Source: an uncultured Polaribacter sp. (GTDB lineage: Bacteria > Bacteroidota > Bacteroidia > Flavobacteriales > Flavobacteriaceae). From it: a stretch of DNA of 64,000 bases. The position numbers were made by a program, and so were the translations under genes. Within the stretch, counting starts at the first letter, position 1; each line of letters begins with the position of its first letter. Below are positions 38,501-47,669 of this stretch, one piece after another. A model generated the notes under the pieces. That model searched no databases. It was not told the DNA's origin and worked only from the letters and a program-made list of their open reading frames with translations. The DNA is taken from contig NZ_CANMFI010000002.1 of the NCBI RefSeq assembly GCF_947497125.1, positions 162,748 to 226,747 of the forward strand, written 5' to 3'.

Positions 38501-38504
38501 TTAG

Positions 38505-39584
38505 TTATTGAATTGTAATTTTAGCACCATTAAACAATTTTCCTTTGGCAGAAAGAATGTAAGATTCTCCTAAAGAAAGACCCGATAATACCTCTACTTG
38601 ATCTCCGTATGTTCTACCCAATCGCAACCATCTTAAAATGGCTGTTTTGCTTTCACTTACTGTATAAATACCTGCTAATTGACCGTTTGTTACAATAGCA
38701 GTTTCTGGTACTAAAACCATGCTTTCTTTTAATTTTTTATGCACCGGAAACTGAACCGTTGCAAACATTCCAGATAACATATTGGCAGGTTTTTTTGCCA
38801 ATTCAATTTTTACCAAATATTGCCCACCTGTATATTTTGCAGAAGTACTTACTTCTACTACTTTCCCGGCAACTGTAGCGTTTATAGATTTTACCAAAAC
38901 ACGTACTTGTGCTCCGTTTTTAATTTGTGCTATTTCTGTTTCTGGAACCATGGCCACAACTTCAAAATCTGTCGGATTTTCTATGCTAATTAATGGCATA
39001 CCAGGAGAAGCCATATCGCCATTTTCTATGTTTTTACTTGTAATAATTCCACTAAATGGTGCGGTAATATTGCTATATACAAATTGTGCGTTTACTTCAT
39101 TTTTTTGCTGATTGGCTGCTTCAAGAGCTGCTTTTGCCATTTGGTAATTCACCGTCATGTCATCCATTTCTTTCTGACTAACACTGCTTGTTTTAAAAAG
39201 ATTCTGAAAACGCTTGTAGTTTTTTTCTGCGTTCTTAAAAGCAACTGTTGCTTGAGTAATTCTTGCGTTTACTTGTGCTTTTTTAGCTTCTAAATCTGCA
39301 TTGTTAATAGATACAAGCAATTGTCCTTTTTTAACTTTATCACCAATAGCAACATGTACTTTATCTACAGAACCCATCATTCTGGTACTAAGAGAGGTAC
39401 TATTAACGGCTTGTATTTTTCCGCTTACAGACAAATAAGAACTGTTTTGTTGCTCTGTAACATTAGCAACATTTACAGAGATTGCTGGTGTTGTATTTGC
39501 AATGGCTTTTTTGTCTTCGCTACCACAACTTGTTATAAACAAAGATGCAGATGTTACGATTAAGGTGTATAAATATTTTTTCAT
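38505..39584 (-). CDS. efflux RND periplasmic adaptor (MFP/HlyD family, operon A)
   Basis: 359 aa lipoprotein (LFITSCGS) with lipoyl/barrel-sandwich and coiled-coil hairpin regions (ITAPFSGIITSKNIENGDMA). Confidence 0.9.
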   Translation of the reverse strand: MKKYLYTLIVTSASLFITSCGSEDKKAIANTTPAISVNVANVTEQQNSSYLSVSGKIQAVNSTSLSTRMMGSVDKVHVAIGDKVKKGQLLVSINNADLEAKKAQVNARITQATVAFKNAEKNYKRFQNLFKTSSVSQKEMDDMTVNYQMAKAALEAANQQKNEVNAQFVYSNITAPFSGIITSKNIENGDMASPGMPLISIENPTDFEVVAMVPETEIAQIKNGAQVRVLVKSINATVAGKVVEVSTSAKYTGGQYLVKIELAKKPANMLSGMFATVQFPVHKKLKESMVLVPETAIVTNGQLAGIYTVSESKTAILRWLRLGRTYGDQVEVLSGLSLGESYILSAKGKLFNGAKITIQ

Positions 39585-39644
39585 TGTTGGTGTTTGTTTA
39601 AGTCTAAATTTTAATTTTTGGTCTCTATTTTCTTATTTCTCTTC

Positions 39645-40955
39645 TTACTCTTTGGTTAAAAAGTCTAAATAAGCTTGGGTAAAATTATATTGATAAATTG
39701 TTTGATAATACGCCAATTCTTTTTGTGCAAACTGTGTTTCTGACACTAATAAATCGGCCGTTTTTTCTAAACCTTCTTTAAATCTATTTTTTCTAATTCT
39801 TAAAGATTCTTCAGATTGCTGCAAGGCTAATTTGTTTAATTCTAAGCTGTTTTTTGCATCTGCTAATTGTCTTTTTGCTTTCTGAAACTCTAAATTGCTT
39901 TTAGCAACATATTGATTGTAAGACAACTTCGACTTTTCTAGAGCTGCTTTGCTTTTTTGTGCTTTTCCAAAACGTTGCGATCCTTTAAAAATATCCCAAC
40001 TTAATTGTGCGCCAATTAAGTATCCGCTTGCGGCTCCTTGCAACAACTTATTATCATACATTTCATAACTTCCAAAGGCATTTAAACGAGGTAAAAAAGC
40101 CATTTTATCTGCTTTATTTAAAGCTTCATATCCTTTTTTAGCCAATTGCATTGCCTTTATATCTGCTCTGTTTTCAGAAATAAGTATCGGTTCTTTATCA
40201 AAAGAAACAATCGTTAATTCTTCAGACGGTTTGTATACAACATCTTCTTTTGTATTCATCAAAAAAGACAAATAATTAGAAGCGTTTTGCATGTTACTTT
40301 TTGCAACTTGTAACTGATTTTTAACTTCTGTAACTCTTATATCTACACTTAAAACATCTGCTTTTAACATAAAACCTTGCTGTAAGTTATTGGTTGCAAT
40401 TTTCTGATGCACCTCAGCAGTTTCTAATGCTTTTTCTAACACATCTATTGCTTTATATGCCAACTGCAATTGCATATAGGCTTGCAATACTTCTAGTGCC
40501 ATGTAATCTGTGGTTCTTTCTGTCTTTAAAGACATGGCTTCCATTTTAGATTTGGCTGCTTTTCTTTGATAAAAACCATCTAAATTGATTAATGGTTGCT
40601 GAATTTCAATCTTAGTTGCAAAATTCTGAGTCTGTGTAGGATTGTTTAACAAAGCCGGATTAAAATCATTCTGAGTTAAAATACCCTGATTTAATTTTGA
40701 ACCAAAAGCCATTAATGGATTTGTGGTAGAAATACCTGTATGGCTAGCTGTAATATTTGGTAAAAAAACTGCGTTGGTTTGTTTGTAATCTGCTTTTGCA
40801 GCATAAAACTCTTGTAACGAAATTTTTAAACCTAAATTATTTTTCTTTAGGTTTGATATAACTTCTGCCTTGCCAATAGAAATAATTTCTTGTGCTGCTA
40901 AAGAATTAGATAACACTAATAAAATTATTGGAATACTTTTAAGTATATTTTTCAT
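39645..40955 (-). CDS. TolC-family outer-membrane efflux protein (operon A)
   Basis: Two TolC repeats with a coiled-coil-rich sequence. Start chosen at the ATG at 40955, which gives a canonical signal peptide (MKNILKSIPIILLVLSNSLAAQE). The ORF-track start at 41012 adds 19 non-signal residues. Confidence 0.85.
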   Translation of the reverse strand: MKNILKSIPIILLVLSNSLAAQEIISIGKAEVISNLKKNNLGLKISLQEFYAAKADYKQTNAVFLPNITASHTGISTTNPLMAFGSKLNQGILTQNDFNPALLNNPTQTQNFATKIEIQQPLINLDGFYQRKAAKSKMEAMSLKTERTTDYMALEVLQAYMQLQLAYKAIDVLEKALETAEVHQKIATNNLQQGFMLKADVLSVDIRVTEVKNQLQVAKSNMQNASNYLSFLMNTKEDVVYKPSEELTIVSFDKEPILISENRADIKAMQLAKKGYEALNKADKMAFLPRLNAFGSYEMYDNKLLQGAASGYLIGAQLSWDIFKGSQRFGKAQKSKAALEKSKLSYNQYVAKSNLEFQKAKRQLADAKNSLELNKLALQQSEESLRIRKNRFKEGLEKTADLLVSETQFAQKELAYYQTIYQYNFTQAYLDFLTKE

Positions 40956-40983
40956 TTGTATTGTTTTTACTACCACAAAATTA

Positions 40984-40999
40984 AAGTGTTTAAACACTT
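40984..40999. promoter_or_regulatory. perfect 16-bp palindrome upstream of RND operon A (candidate operator)
   Basis: AAGTGTTTAAACACTT, located 29-44 nt upstream of the TolC ATG (40955) in the divergent intergenic region. Confidence 0.35.
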
Positions 41000-41084
41000 C
41001 TTTAAGTAACATTAGTTACACCTAAATTTTAATTTTTATAACTATATTTGTTTCGTAAAAGCATCGAAATAAAAAATTATTTAC

Positions 41085-41471
41085 TTGGTTTTTCTAACTA
41101 AAAATAAAACCCTTTTTTACGCTATTTTTTTAAGCAGCCTTGTCTTATATAATATGCTAAGAGTTTCTTTTACATATCTGTATTATACTGTTGATCCTAT
41201 TGGTTTTATTGAAGAGTTGTGTGAAAACAAAGACCAACCAGAATTACAATGTAACGGTAAATGTCATTTAAAAAAAGTTACAGAAAGCAGTAAAAACTCA
41301 GAAAAAGCACCAACTCAAATAATTGATTTTAAAGATGTTTTGCTTTACAAACAATCTAATGTTAGTAGTATTGCAAAAGTTGATTATACCTACAGCAAAA
41401 CCTTTTTTAATGCTAAAAATCACTACAAATACTTAGCAATAAGCACTAATTTTCGTCCACCAGAAGTCTAG
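41085..41471 (+). CDS. membrane-anchored Cys-rich hypothetical protein
   Basis: 128 aa from a TTG start (start uncertain). It has one N-terminal TM helix (LFYAIFLSSLVLYNML), then ELCENKDQPELQCNGKCHL (C-x9-C-x3-C-H). The gene lies 75 nt upstream of, and co-directional with, the TonB-dependent receptor. Confidence 0.5.
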   Translation: MVFLTKNKTLFYAIFLSSLVLYNMLRVSFTYLYYTVDPIGFIEELCENKDQPELQCNGKCHLKKVTESSKNSEKAPTQIIDFKDVLLYKQSNVSSIAKVDYTYSKTFFNAKNHYKYLAISTNFRPPEV

Positions 41472-41546
41472 TTTTTATAAAAAAATAAATACTCCTTATC
41501 AAAATATAAGGGTATAACATCTTATATAAAAACTAAATAATTAAAA

Positions 41547-43631
41547 ATGAAAATAATTTTTAGCGCGCTCTTGTGCGCATTAATAAGTGGTGTTTCTTTT
41601 TCACAAGAAAAAAAGGATTTAAAAAAAGATACCCTTAAAAGAATTCAGTTAGACCAAGTAATCGTTACCGGAAAACTAAAAACAGACCCGATACATACTA
41701 TTGTGTCAAATAAATATGATAAAAACGTTGTACAACCTAAAAATGTTGCCGATTTATTTAATAGTATCAACGGATTTTCTGTAATTAAAAGAGGTAATTA
41801 CGCAATTGACCCTTCGTTTAGAGGTAGCCAATATGAACAGTTAAATATACAATATGATGGTGGTACAAAAGCGATGCATGCATGCCCAAATAGAATGGAC
41901 CCAATTACAACTCATATCATTCCTGAAGAAATTTCGAAAATAGAAATTATTAAAGGGCCTTACACAGTTCGATATGGCGCAACTTTTGGAGGTGTTATTA
42001 ATATGGTATCAAAAAAACCAAATTACTTAGAAAATGGGTTTCATGGTAAAATATCATCTGGATTTGAAACCAACGGAAACGCCACCGTAAACATGTTACA
42101 GTTACAATATATTAAAGAAAAGTATGATGTAGTAGGTAATTTTGGATATCGCAATTTTGGAAACTACCAAGATGGAAGCAATATAGAAATACCCGCTTCT
42201 TTTTTAAGTACAGATTATGGCTTAAAAATGGGGTATAACTTTACAGATGCAGAGCGTATACAAATTCAATGGAGGCAATCTTTTGGTAGAGATGTTTTAC
42301 ATGCCGGTTTGCCAATGGACACTGAATATGACAATAGTAGTATTGCATCAATAGACTATAAAAAATCTGATTTAAAAGGGGTTTTTAAAAGCATCTCTGC
42401 AAAAGGATATTATAGTTTTGTAGACCATTTAATGACCAATACTAAAAGACCTACTTTTATGATGATGGAAGCCTCATCTGCTGTTGAAGCAACTACAAAA
42501 GGAGGAAAAATAGAACTAAATTGGCAACCGTCTAAAAATATTGATATTTTTAGTGGTGTAGATGCTATGTTGGTTCATAGAGACGGAGACAGAAATCGTG
42601 TTGTAAAAATTATGAACGGCAATACCTTGCCAACTCCAAAAGAATTTAATGACAAGGTTTGGCAAGATTCTTATGTAAATGATTTCGGTGTTTTTACAGA
42701 AGCAAAGTGGTTGTTTAAAGAAAATCATTTAATTACTGCAGGTATTCGATATGATAGAGTGGTTTCTGATATTAACGATCCAGAAGCAGATTTTGCTGCT
42801 CTTTATAATTTAAGACAACGAACAGAAAATAATATTAGCGGTACTATTTCTCTCAAAAAAATTATTTCTAATACTATAACTTTAGAGGCTGCTTTTGGGC
42901 GTGGAGTTAGATCTGCAAATATGATAGAACGTTTTATCAATCATTTTACAATAAACCAAGATCCTTATGAATATATAGGAAACCCAGATCTAAAGGCAGA
43001 AGTTAATAACCAGTTTGAAATTGGCTTTAAAGCAAAAAACACTAGCAACAATATTAAGTTTGCAGGTTCTGTATTCTATTCTGATTTAGAAAACTTTATT
43101 GTTGGTATTGTAGATCCTTCTAAAACTAGAAAATTTATGCCCACAGCACAACCTGTAAATCCGAAGGTATTTAGAAATTTAGACAGTGCATACAAGACAG
43201 GTTTCGAGGCTTCTTTTGAGGCTAATTTTTTAGAAAATTATTTTGTAACCTCTGAAATGGCATATGTATATGCTAAAAATAAAGATTTAAATGAATCTTT
43301 GCCTTTAACACCTCCTTTAAATGCACGTGTTATTTTTGGTCTTAAAAAACCAAATTATTGGGCAAATTTACAATACAATATTACCAGTAGCCAAGATGAA
43401 ATTGCACCTAGTTTTGGTGAAACAAGAACAGAAGGGTATCAAACATTAGATGTTCGTTTTGGATTTACACCTTTTAAAAATGCAAGTCTTGGTGTTGCTG
43501 CTATCAATGTTTTTGATAAAACATACCGCAATCATTTAAACTTCAGCTTTAACAACCAAGCTGGTTTTGAGAACACACCAATTACAGAACCTGGTAGAAA
43601 TTTAACCGCTTTTTTTCAGTACAGTTTTTAA
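41547..43631 (+). CDS. TonB-dependent receptor, OprC-like (putative copper receptor)
   Basis: 694 aa with a signal peptide, a TonB box/plug (DQVIVTG) and a C-terminal aromatic residue (FQYSF). The plug/barrel carries C113-PNR-M117 (CxxxM, nt 41883..41897) and H294-L-M296 (HxM, nt 42426..42434). Confidence 0.7.
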   Translation: MKIIFSALLCALISGVSFSQEKKDLKKDTLKRIQLDQVIVTGKLKTDPIHTIVSNKYDKNVVQPKNVADLFNSINGFSVIKRGNYAIDPSFRGSQYEQLNIQYDGGTKAMHACPNRMDPITTHIIPEEISKIEIIKGPYTVRYGATFGGVINMVSKKPNYLENGFHGKISSGFETNGNATVNMLQLQYIKEKYDVVGNFGYRNFGNYQDGSNIEIPASFLSTDYGLKMGYNFTDAERIQIQWRQSFGRDVLHAGLPMDTEYDNSSIASIDYKKSDLKGVFKSISAKGYYSFVDHLMTNTKRPTFMMMEASSAVEATTKGGKIELNWQPSKNIDIFSGVDAMLVHRDGDRNRVVKIMNGNTLPTPKEFNDKVWQDSYVNDFGVFTEAKWLFKENHLITAGIRYDRVVSDINDPEADFAALYNLRQRTENNISGTISLKKIISNTITLEAAFGRGVRSANMIERFINHFTINQDPYEYIGNPDLKAEVNNQFEIGFKAKNTSNNIKFAGSVFYSDLENFIVGIVDPSKTRKFMPTAQPVNPKVFRNLDSAYKTGFEASFEANFLENYFVTSEMAYVYAKNKDLNESLPLTPPLNARVIFGLKKPNYWANLQYNITSSQDEIAPSFGETRTEGYQTLDVRFGFTPFKNASLGVAAINVFDKTYRNHLNFSFNNQAGFENTPITEPGRNLTAFFQYSF

Positions 43632-43634
43632 ACA

Positions 43635-43668
43635 AAAATTGGGCATTAAAAAATTAATGCCCAATTTT
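43635..43668 (+). terminator. intrinsic terminator after the TonB-dependent receptor
   Basis: AAAATTGGGCATT-N8-AATGCCCAATTTT, starting 4 nt after the stop codon. Confidence 0.8.
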
Positions 43669-43694
43669 CAACAACTAAAACTAAATAAAACTTG

Positions 43695-43835
43695 TTATTT
43701 CTTTTCTACGCGTGTTCCACCATGCCCGCTTGCAACCACAAACATAATTTTAAGACTTAAATAGATAAACTTAAAAAACTGAATAATTGGGTTCATCATT
43801 TTAAAGCGCTGGTATTTTGATATTCTTTGTGTCAT
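43695..43835 (-). CDS. possible 46-aa small membrane protein (not in ORF track)
   Basis: My manual translation is MTQRISKYQRFKMMNPIIQFFKFIYLSLKIMFVVASGHGGTRVEKK, with one hydrophobic segment. It lies 44 nt downstream of the SQR-like gene on the same strand. Confidence 0.3.
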   Translation of the reverse strand: MTQRISKYQRFKMMNPIIQFFKFIYLSLKIMFVVASGHGGTRVEKK

Positions 43836-43879
43836 TCTACTAATTTTTATAAGTTATTTAAACATTTTAACCGTTTATA

Positions 43880-45337
43880 TTATTCTGGAATTAACCACCA
43901 AAACGGACGCATTTTAGCTTTGTAGATAAAAGCATAATGCAATGCTAACTTTAGCCAATGCCCTGCTAAACCTATTTCACCAAAAGTTTTTCCTAATTTT
44001 CTCCCTTGTGTATTTGGGTATTTTTCATAATCTGGCACAATAGGATATGTGGTAATACTAACACCGCTTCCTTGTGTAAGCCCGTAACCAGCAGAAGCTA
44101 TACAAGCTGCACCCATATTGCCCAAACTACCTTTATGACTTAAAGACTCTTTACCACTTTTTATTGTATCTATAATATTGTCTGCAACCAATTTAGCTGT
44201 AATACCAGAAGGCATACCTGTTCTGGGAGGTGCAGGAGAAATAACAGTTCCGTTTTTACTTTTTCTAGGTTTAGAAATTGCATGCGGAGGCGCAAAGGCA
44301 ATACCTGGCGCAAAAATATTTTGATAGGTTGGATTTTGATAGGTTTCTGGCCAATCTTTTACAGACCATTCTTCATAAGGTTTTGGTGTATAATCGGCAT
44401 CTACTATCATAAACCCTTTAAAGAGTTTTTCTGTAATATCATTTTCATTTTTATCAAAAGCTTTAAAACCGTGTCCAGAAAATGCTGGAATCAGCATAGC
44501 AAAATCATAGGTCTCTGTTTTATAGCTACCCTCTAAGTTCTCATAATGAGCAATCCCGTCTTCAATTTTATTTACACCGGCTCCTAAAATCCACTTAATG
44601 CCCCTGTCTTCAAAAATCATTTCTACCATTTCGTAAGACTTTAGCGTCATGCTACCATAACTTAATAGCATTCCGTCCATTCCAAAATCTCCTAATTTAT
44701 GTTCGTTTGAAATCCAAGTAATCTCTGCCATCTCTCTTACTTTATGACGACGTAATTCTTGTTCGACATTTAAAATATACTCAAATGCTGCACCCTGACA
44801 AGTAGAAGAGCCATGACCTGTACCAATAAGAATTTTTACTTTTTTACCAGTTTTCATCTCATCAATCAATGCTTTTAATCCATGCCAAGCATGATCTGCA
44901 TGACTGTAGGTGCAAACAGAATACGTTCTGTTTTCTCCAGGAATTAAACCTTCTGTTGCCTCAAAATTTAATTTTGGACCGGTTGCATTTATAAGATAAT
45001 CGTAGGTAATTTTCTCTTGTTGCCCTTTTTTATCTCCAGCAACATATTCTGACAAAACATAAGGTTTGGGTTGATTTTTATCACCTTCCGGAAAAAATGA
45101 AATAGCCTTGGCTTGTTTGTATCCAATTCCTTTCTTTTTATACAAAGGTGCTAATGGAAATAAAATTTCTTTAGATTTCATTCTACCAATTCCAACCCAA
45201 ATGTTTGAAGGTATCCATTGGTAATTGCTATTCGGAGAAACTACAACAACTTCGTGTTCTTTAGATAGTTTTCGTCTTAAATGTGATGCTGCAACATGTC
45301 CTGAAATTCCAGCACCTAAAATGAGTATTTTTGACAT
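43880..45337 (-). CDS. FAD-dependent sulfide:quinone oxidoreductase-like flavoprotein
   Basis: 485 aa with an FAD fold (ILILGAGISGHVAA) and Cys motifs at SQR-like positions (GSSTCQGAAFEY, GAACIASAG). The C-terminal amphipathic tail is suited to membrane association. Confidence 0.65.
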   Translation of the reverse strand: MSKILILGAGISGHVAASHLRRKLSKEHEVVVVSPNSNYQWIPSNIWVGIGRMKSKEILFPLAPLYKKKGIGYKQAKAISFFPEGDKNQPKPYVLSEYVAGDKKGQQEKITYDYLINATGPKLNFEATEGLIPGENRTYSVCTYSHADHAWHGLKALIDEMKTGKKVKILIGTGHGSSTCQGAAFEYILNVEQELRRHKVREMAEITWISNEHKLGDFGMDGMLLSYGSMTLKSYEMVEMIFEDRGIKWILGAGVNKIEDGIAHYENLEGSYKTETYDFAMLIPAFSGHGFKAFDKNENDITEKLFKGFMIVDADYTPKPYEEWSVKDWPETYQNPTYQNIFAPGIAFAPPHAISKPRKSKNGTVISPAPPRTGMPSGITAKLVADNIIDTIKSGKESLSHKGSLGNMGAACIASAGYGLTQGSGVSITTYPIVPDYEKYPNTQGRKLGKTFGEIGLAGHWLKLALHYAFIYKAKMRPFWWLIPE

Positions 45338-45406
45338 TTATTTTAATTTTCAATAAAATTAAATTTATCTAAAATACTACACAGCTACTTTTGTTACATA
45401 AGAAAT

Positions 45407-46528
45407 TTAAGTTGTTTTCTTATAACTCCAAACTGCTAAACCATTCATAACAATTGCAAATAATAGCGTTTTTATTAATTGAGGTAGTATATCTATAAAA
45501 CCAGAACCCTTTAACATAACCATACGCATAACCTCTACAAAATATTTTATCGGGTTAAAGTCTGTAATTGTTTGAGCCCATTTTGGCATACTTTCAATAG
45601 GAGTAAACAAACCACTCATCAAAATAAAAATCACCATAAAAAACCACGCAATAAACATAGCTTGTTGTTGTGTATCTGTAAAGTTAGAAATAAACAAACC
45701 AATACCCAAAACCACTAAAATATAGATAGTTGTATAAAAATACATTAACAACAAACTACCTACCATTGGAACATTAAAAATTATTTTTGATATTAATAAA
45801 CCAACGGTCAAAATACCTAAACCTATTACCCAAAAAGGGAATAATTTACCGATAATAAATTGACTTTTTTTGATAGGTGTAACATTAATTTGTTCTAAAG
45901 TACCTATTTCTTTTTCTCTAACAATGTTCATTCCAGAGAGAAAAAGTGTAATCATAGTAACTAATAACACCAAAATACCAGGCACCATATACGTTTTATA
46001 ATTCAAACTTTTATTATACCAAAACAAGGGAATTGTAGTAATTTGGGTAGATGAATGCTGCCTGTCGCTAAAGTGAGTAACATCAACTTTTAGATTCATA
46101 TTAAAACTATTGATAATTTGTGTAATATATACGTTTTCTAAACCAGCTGCCGCCCCATCAATTGCATTTATAGTAAGTCCTAAAGATGCATTTTTTTCTT
46201 TTAAAAAATCTCTTTCAAAATAAGACGGAACTTCTAAAACAACATCTATTTCACCTTTTAATACAGCTTGATTTGCTAATGTTTGTGAAGGAAAATCAGT
46301 TATTAAATTAAAATAAGTTGAACCCTTAAATTTTTCTATCAAAGCTCTTGATGTTGTTGAGTGATCTTTATCAATATATCCAAATTTTATATTTTTAACA
46401 TCAAAAGTAGCTGCGTTTGATAAAATTATCAATTGAATTAATGGTAATACAAAAATAATTGGCAACATCCCTTTATTTCTAAAGATTTGCTTAAATTCTT
46501 TTTGAATTATATACAGTATTATTTTCAT
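45407..46528 (-). CDS. ABC-2 type transporter permease (YbhR/YbhS-like)
   Basis: 373 aa with an N-terminal TM, a large extracytoplasmic loop and five C-terminal TM helices. Confidence 0.85.
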   Translation of the reverse strand: MKIILYIIQKEFKQIFRNKGMLPIIFVLPLIQLIILSNAATFDVKNIKFGYIDKDHSTTSRALIEKFKGSTYFNLITDFPSQTLANQAVLKGEIDVVLEVPSYFERDFLKEKNASLGLTINAIDGAAAGLENVYITQIINSFNMNLKVDVTHFSDRQHSSTQITTIPLFWYNKSLNYKTYMVPGILVLLVTMITLFLSGMNIVREKEIGTLEQINVTPIKKSQFIIGKLFPFWVIGLGILTVGLLISKIIFNVPMVGSLLLMYFYTTIYILVVLGIGLFISNFTDTQQQAMFIAWFFMVIFILMSGLFTPIESMPKWAQTITDFNPIKYFVEVMRMVMLKGSGFIDILPQLIKTLLFAIVMNGLAVWSYKKTT

Positions 46529-46562
46529 ATTTTTTTTAAAAATCTAACTTCAGGAAGCTATT

Positions 46563-47669
46563 TTACTCTAATCTAATTTTATATTTCTTTACACTTACTC
46601 CAATAAAAAGAACTGCCATTCCAATTAAAATTAGAGTTTCTTTCCAAACAAATTGCAAACCAACACCTTTTAGCATAACTGCTTTAATAATTATGATAAA
46701 CCATTTTGCTGGTATAATATTACTGATTACCTGTAACGGCAAAGGCATACTTGTTATTGGAAATATAAAACCCGAAAGTAATATTACAGGCAACATTAAA
46801 CCCATTAAAGAAATCATCATTGCGGTTTGTTGTGTTGCAGAAATAGTTGATATTAAAATACCTAATGCTAATGCTGTTATAATAAATAATACGCTTTCTA
46901 TTGCTAGTAAAAAGAAACTACCATAAACAGGCATTTTAAATATAAAAATGCTTAAAACTATAATAACTATTGCATTTATAATTGATAAAAAAATATAAGG
47001 AAATACTTTTCCTACAATTACTTGATTGGGTTTTAATGGCGATACTAATAAAATTTCCATAGTTCCTATCTCCTTTTCTTTCGTGATAGAAATAGAAGTC
47101 ATCATTGCAGAAACTAACATTAAAATGATAGTCATAACACCTGGCACAAACATATATACACTTTTTAGTTCTGGGTTGTAAACCATCCGTGTTTTTGGTT
47201 CAATTTTATAAGCCTTTAAACTACTTGTAGTTTCTTCTTTTAAATAGTTTTGAAGAATTGCATTTATATAGTTACTAATTGTATTTGCAGTATTTGGGTC
47301 TGTTGCATCTGTAATTACCTGTATTTTAGCATTTTTTTTTGTGATTAAATTTTTACTAAAATTTTTTTCAAAATTCAATACTGCTTTTACTTTTCCTTTT
47401 TTAAATATTCTTTCAATATCTGATTCTTTCTCTATAAGTTGATTGATATTAAAATATTTAGATGCCGATATTTTATGTATAATTTCTTGTGTTGTTACTT
47501 CTTTAGATTGGTCTAAAATTGCAATTTCCACATTATTAATTTCGTTTGTAATTGCAAAACCAAACAATAAAATTTGAGCAATTGGCATACCAAAGAGGAT
47601 AAACAAAGAACGTTTATCTCTAAAAATATGGTAAAATTCTTTTTTTACAAAGCCTATAAAACGTTTCAT
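46563..47669 (-). CDS. ABC-2 type transporter permease (YbhS/YbhR-like)
   Basis: 368 aa, a paralogue of the neighbouring permease with the same topology. Confidence 0.85.
   Translation of the reverse strand: MKRFIGFVKKEFYHIFRDKRSLFILFGMPIAQILLFGFAITNEINNVEIAILDQSKEVTTQEIIHKISASKYFNINQLIEKESDIERIFKKGKVKAVLNFEKNFSKNLITKKNAKIQVITDATDPNTANTISNYINAILQNYLKEETTSSLKAYKIEPKTRMVYNPELKSVYMFVPGVMTIILMLVSAMMTSISITKEKEIGTMEILLVSPLKPNQVIVGKVFPYIFLSIINAIVIIVLSIFIFKMPVYGSFFLLAIESVLFIITALALGILISTISATQQTAMMISLMGLMLPVILLSGFIFPITSMPLPLQVISNIIPAKWFIIIIKAVMLKGVGLQFVWKETLILIGMAVLFIGVSVKKYKIRLE

Noticed and set aside
40956-41012. N-terminal extensions in the ORF track: 3941..3988 (thioesterase), 33252..33278 (rnpA), 40956..41012 (TolC A), 49734..49754 (lipoprotein) and 63005..63091 (adaptor C).
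   Set aside because: In each case an internal ATG gives a canonical N terminus (signal peptide, lipobox or the conserved family start). The extensions are non-signal hydrophobic junk or rely on TTG starts.
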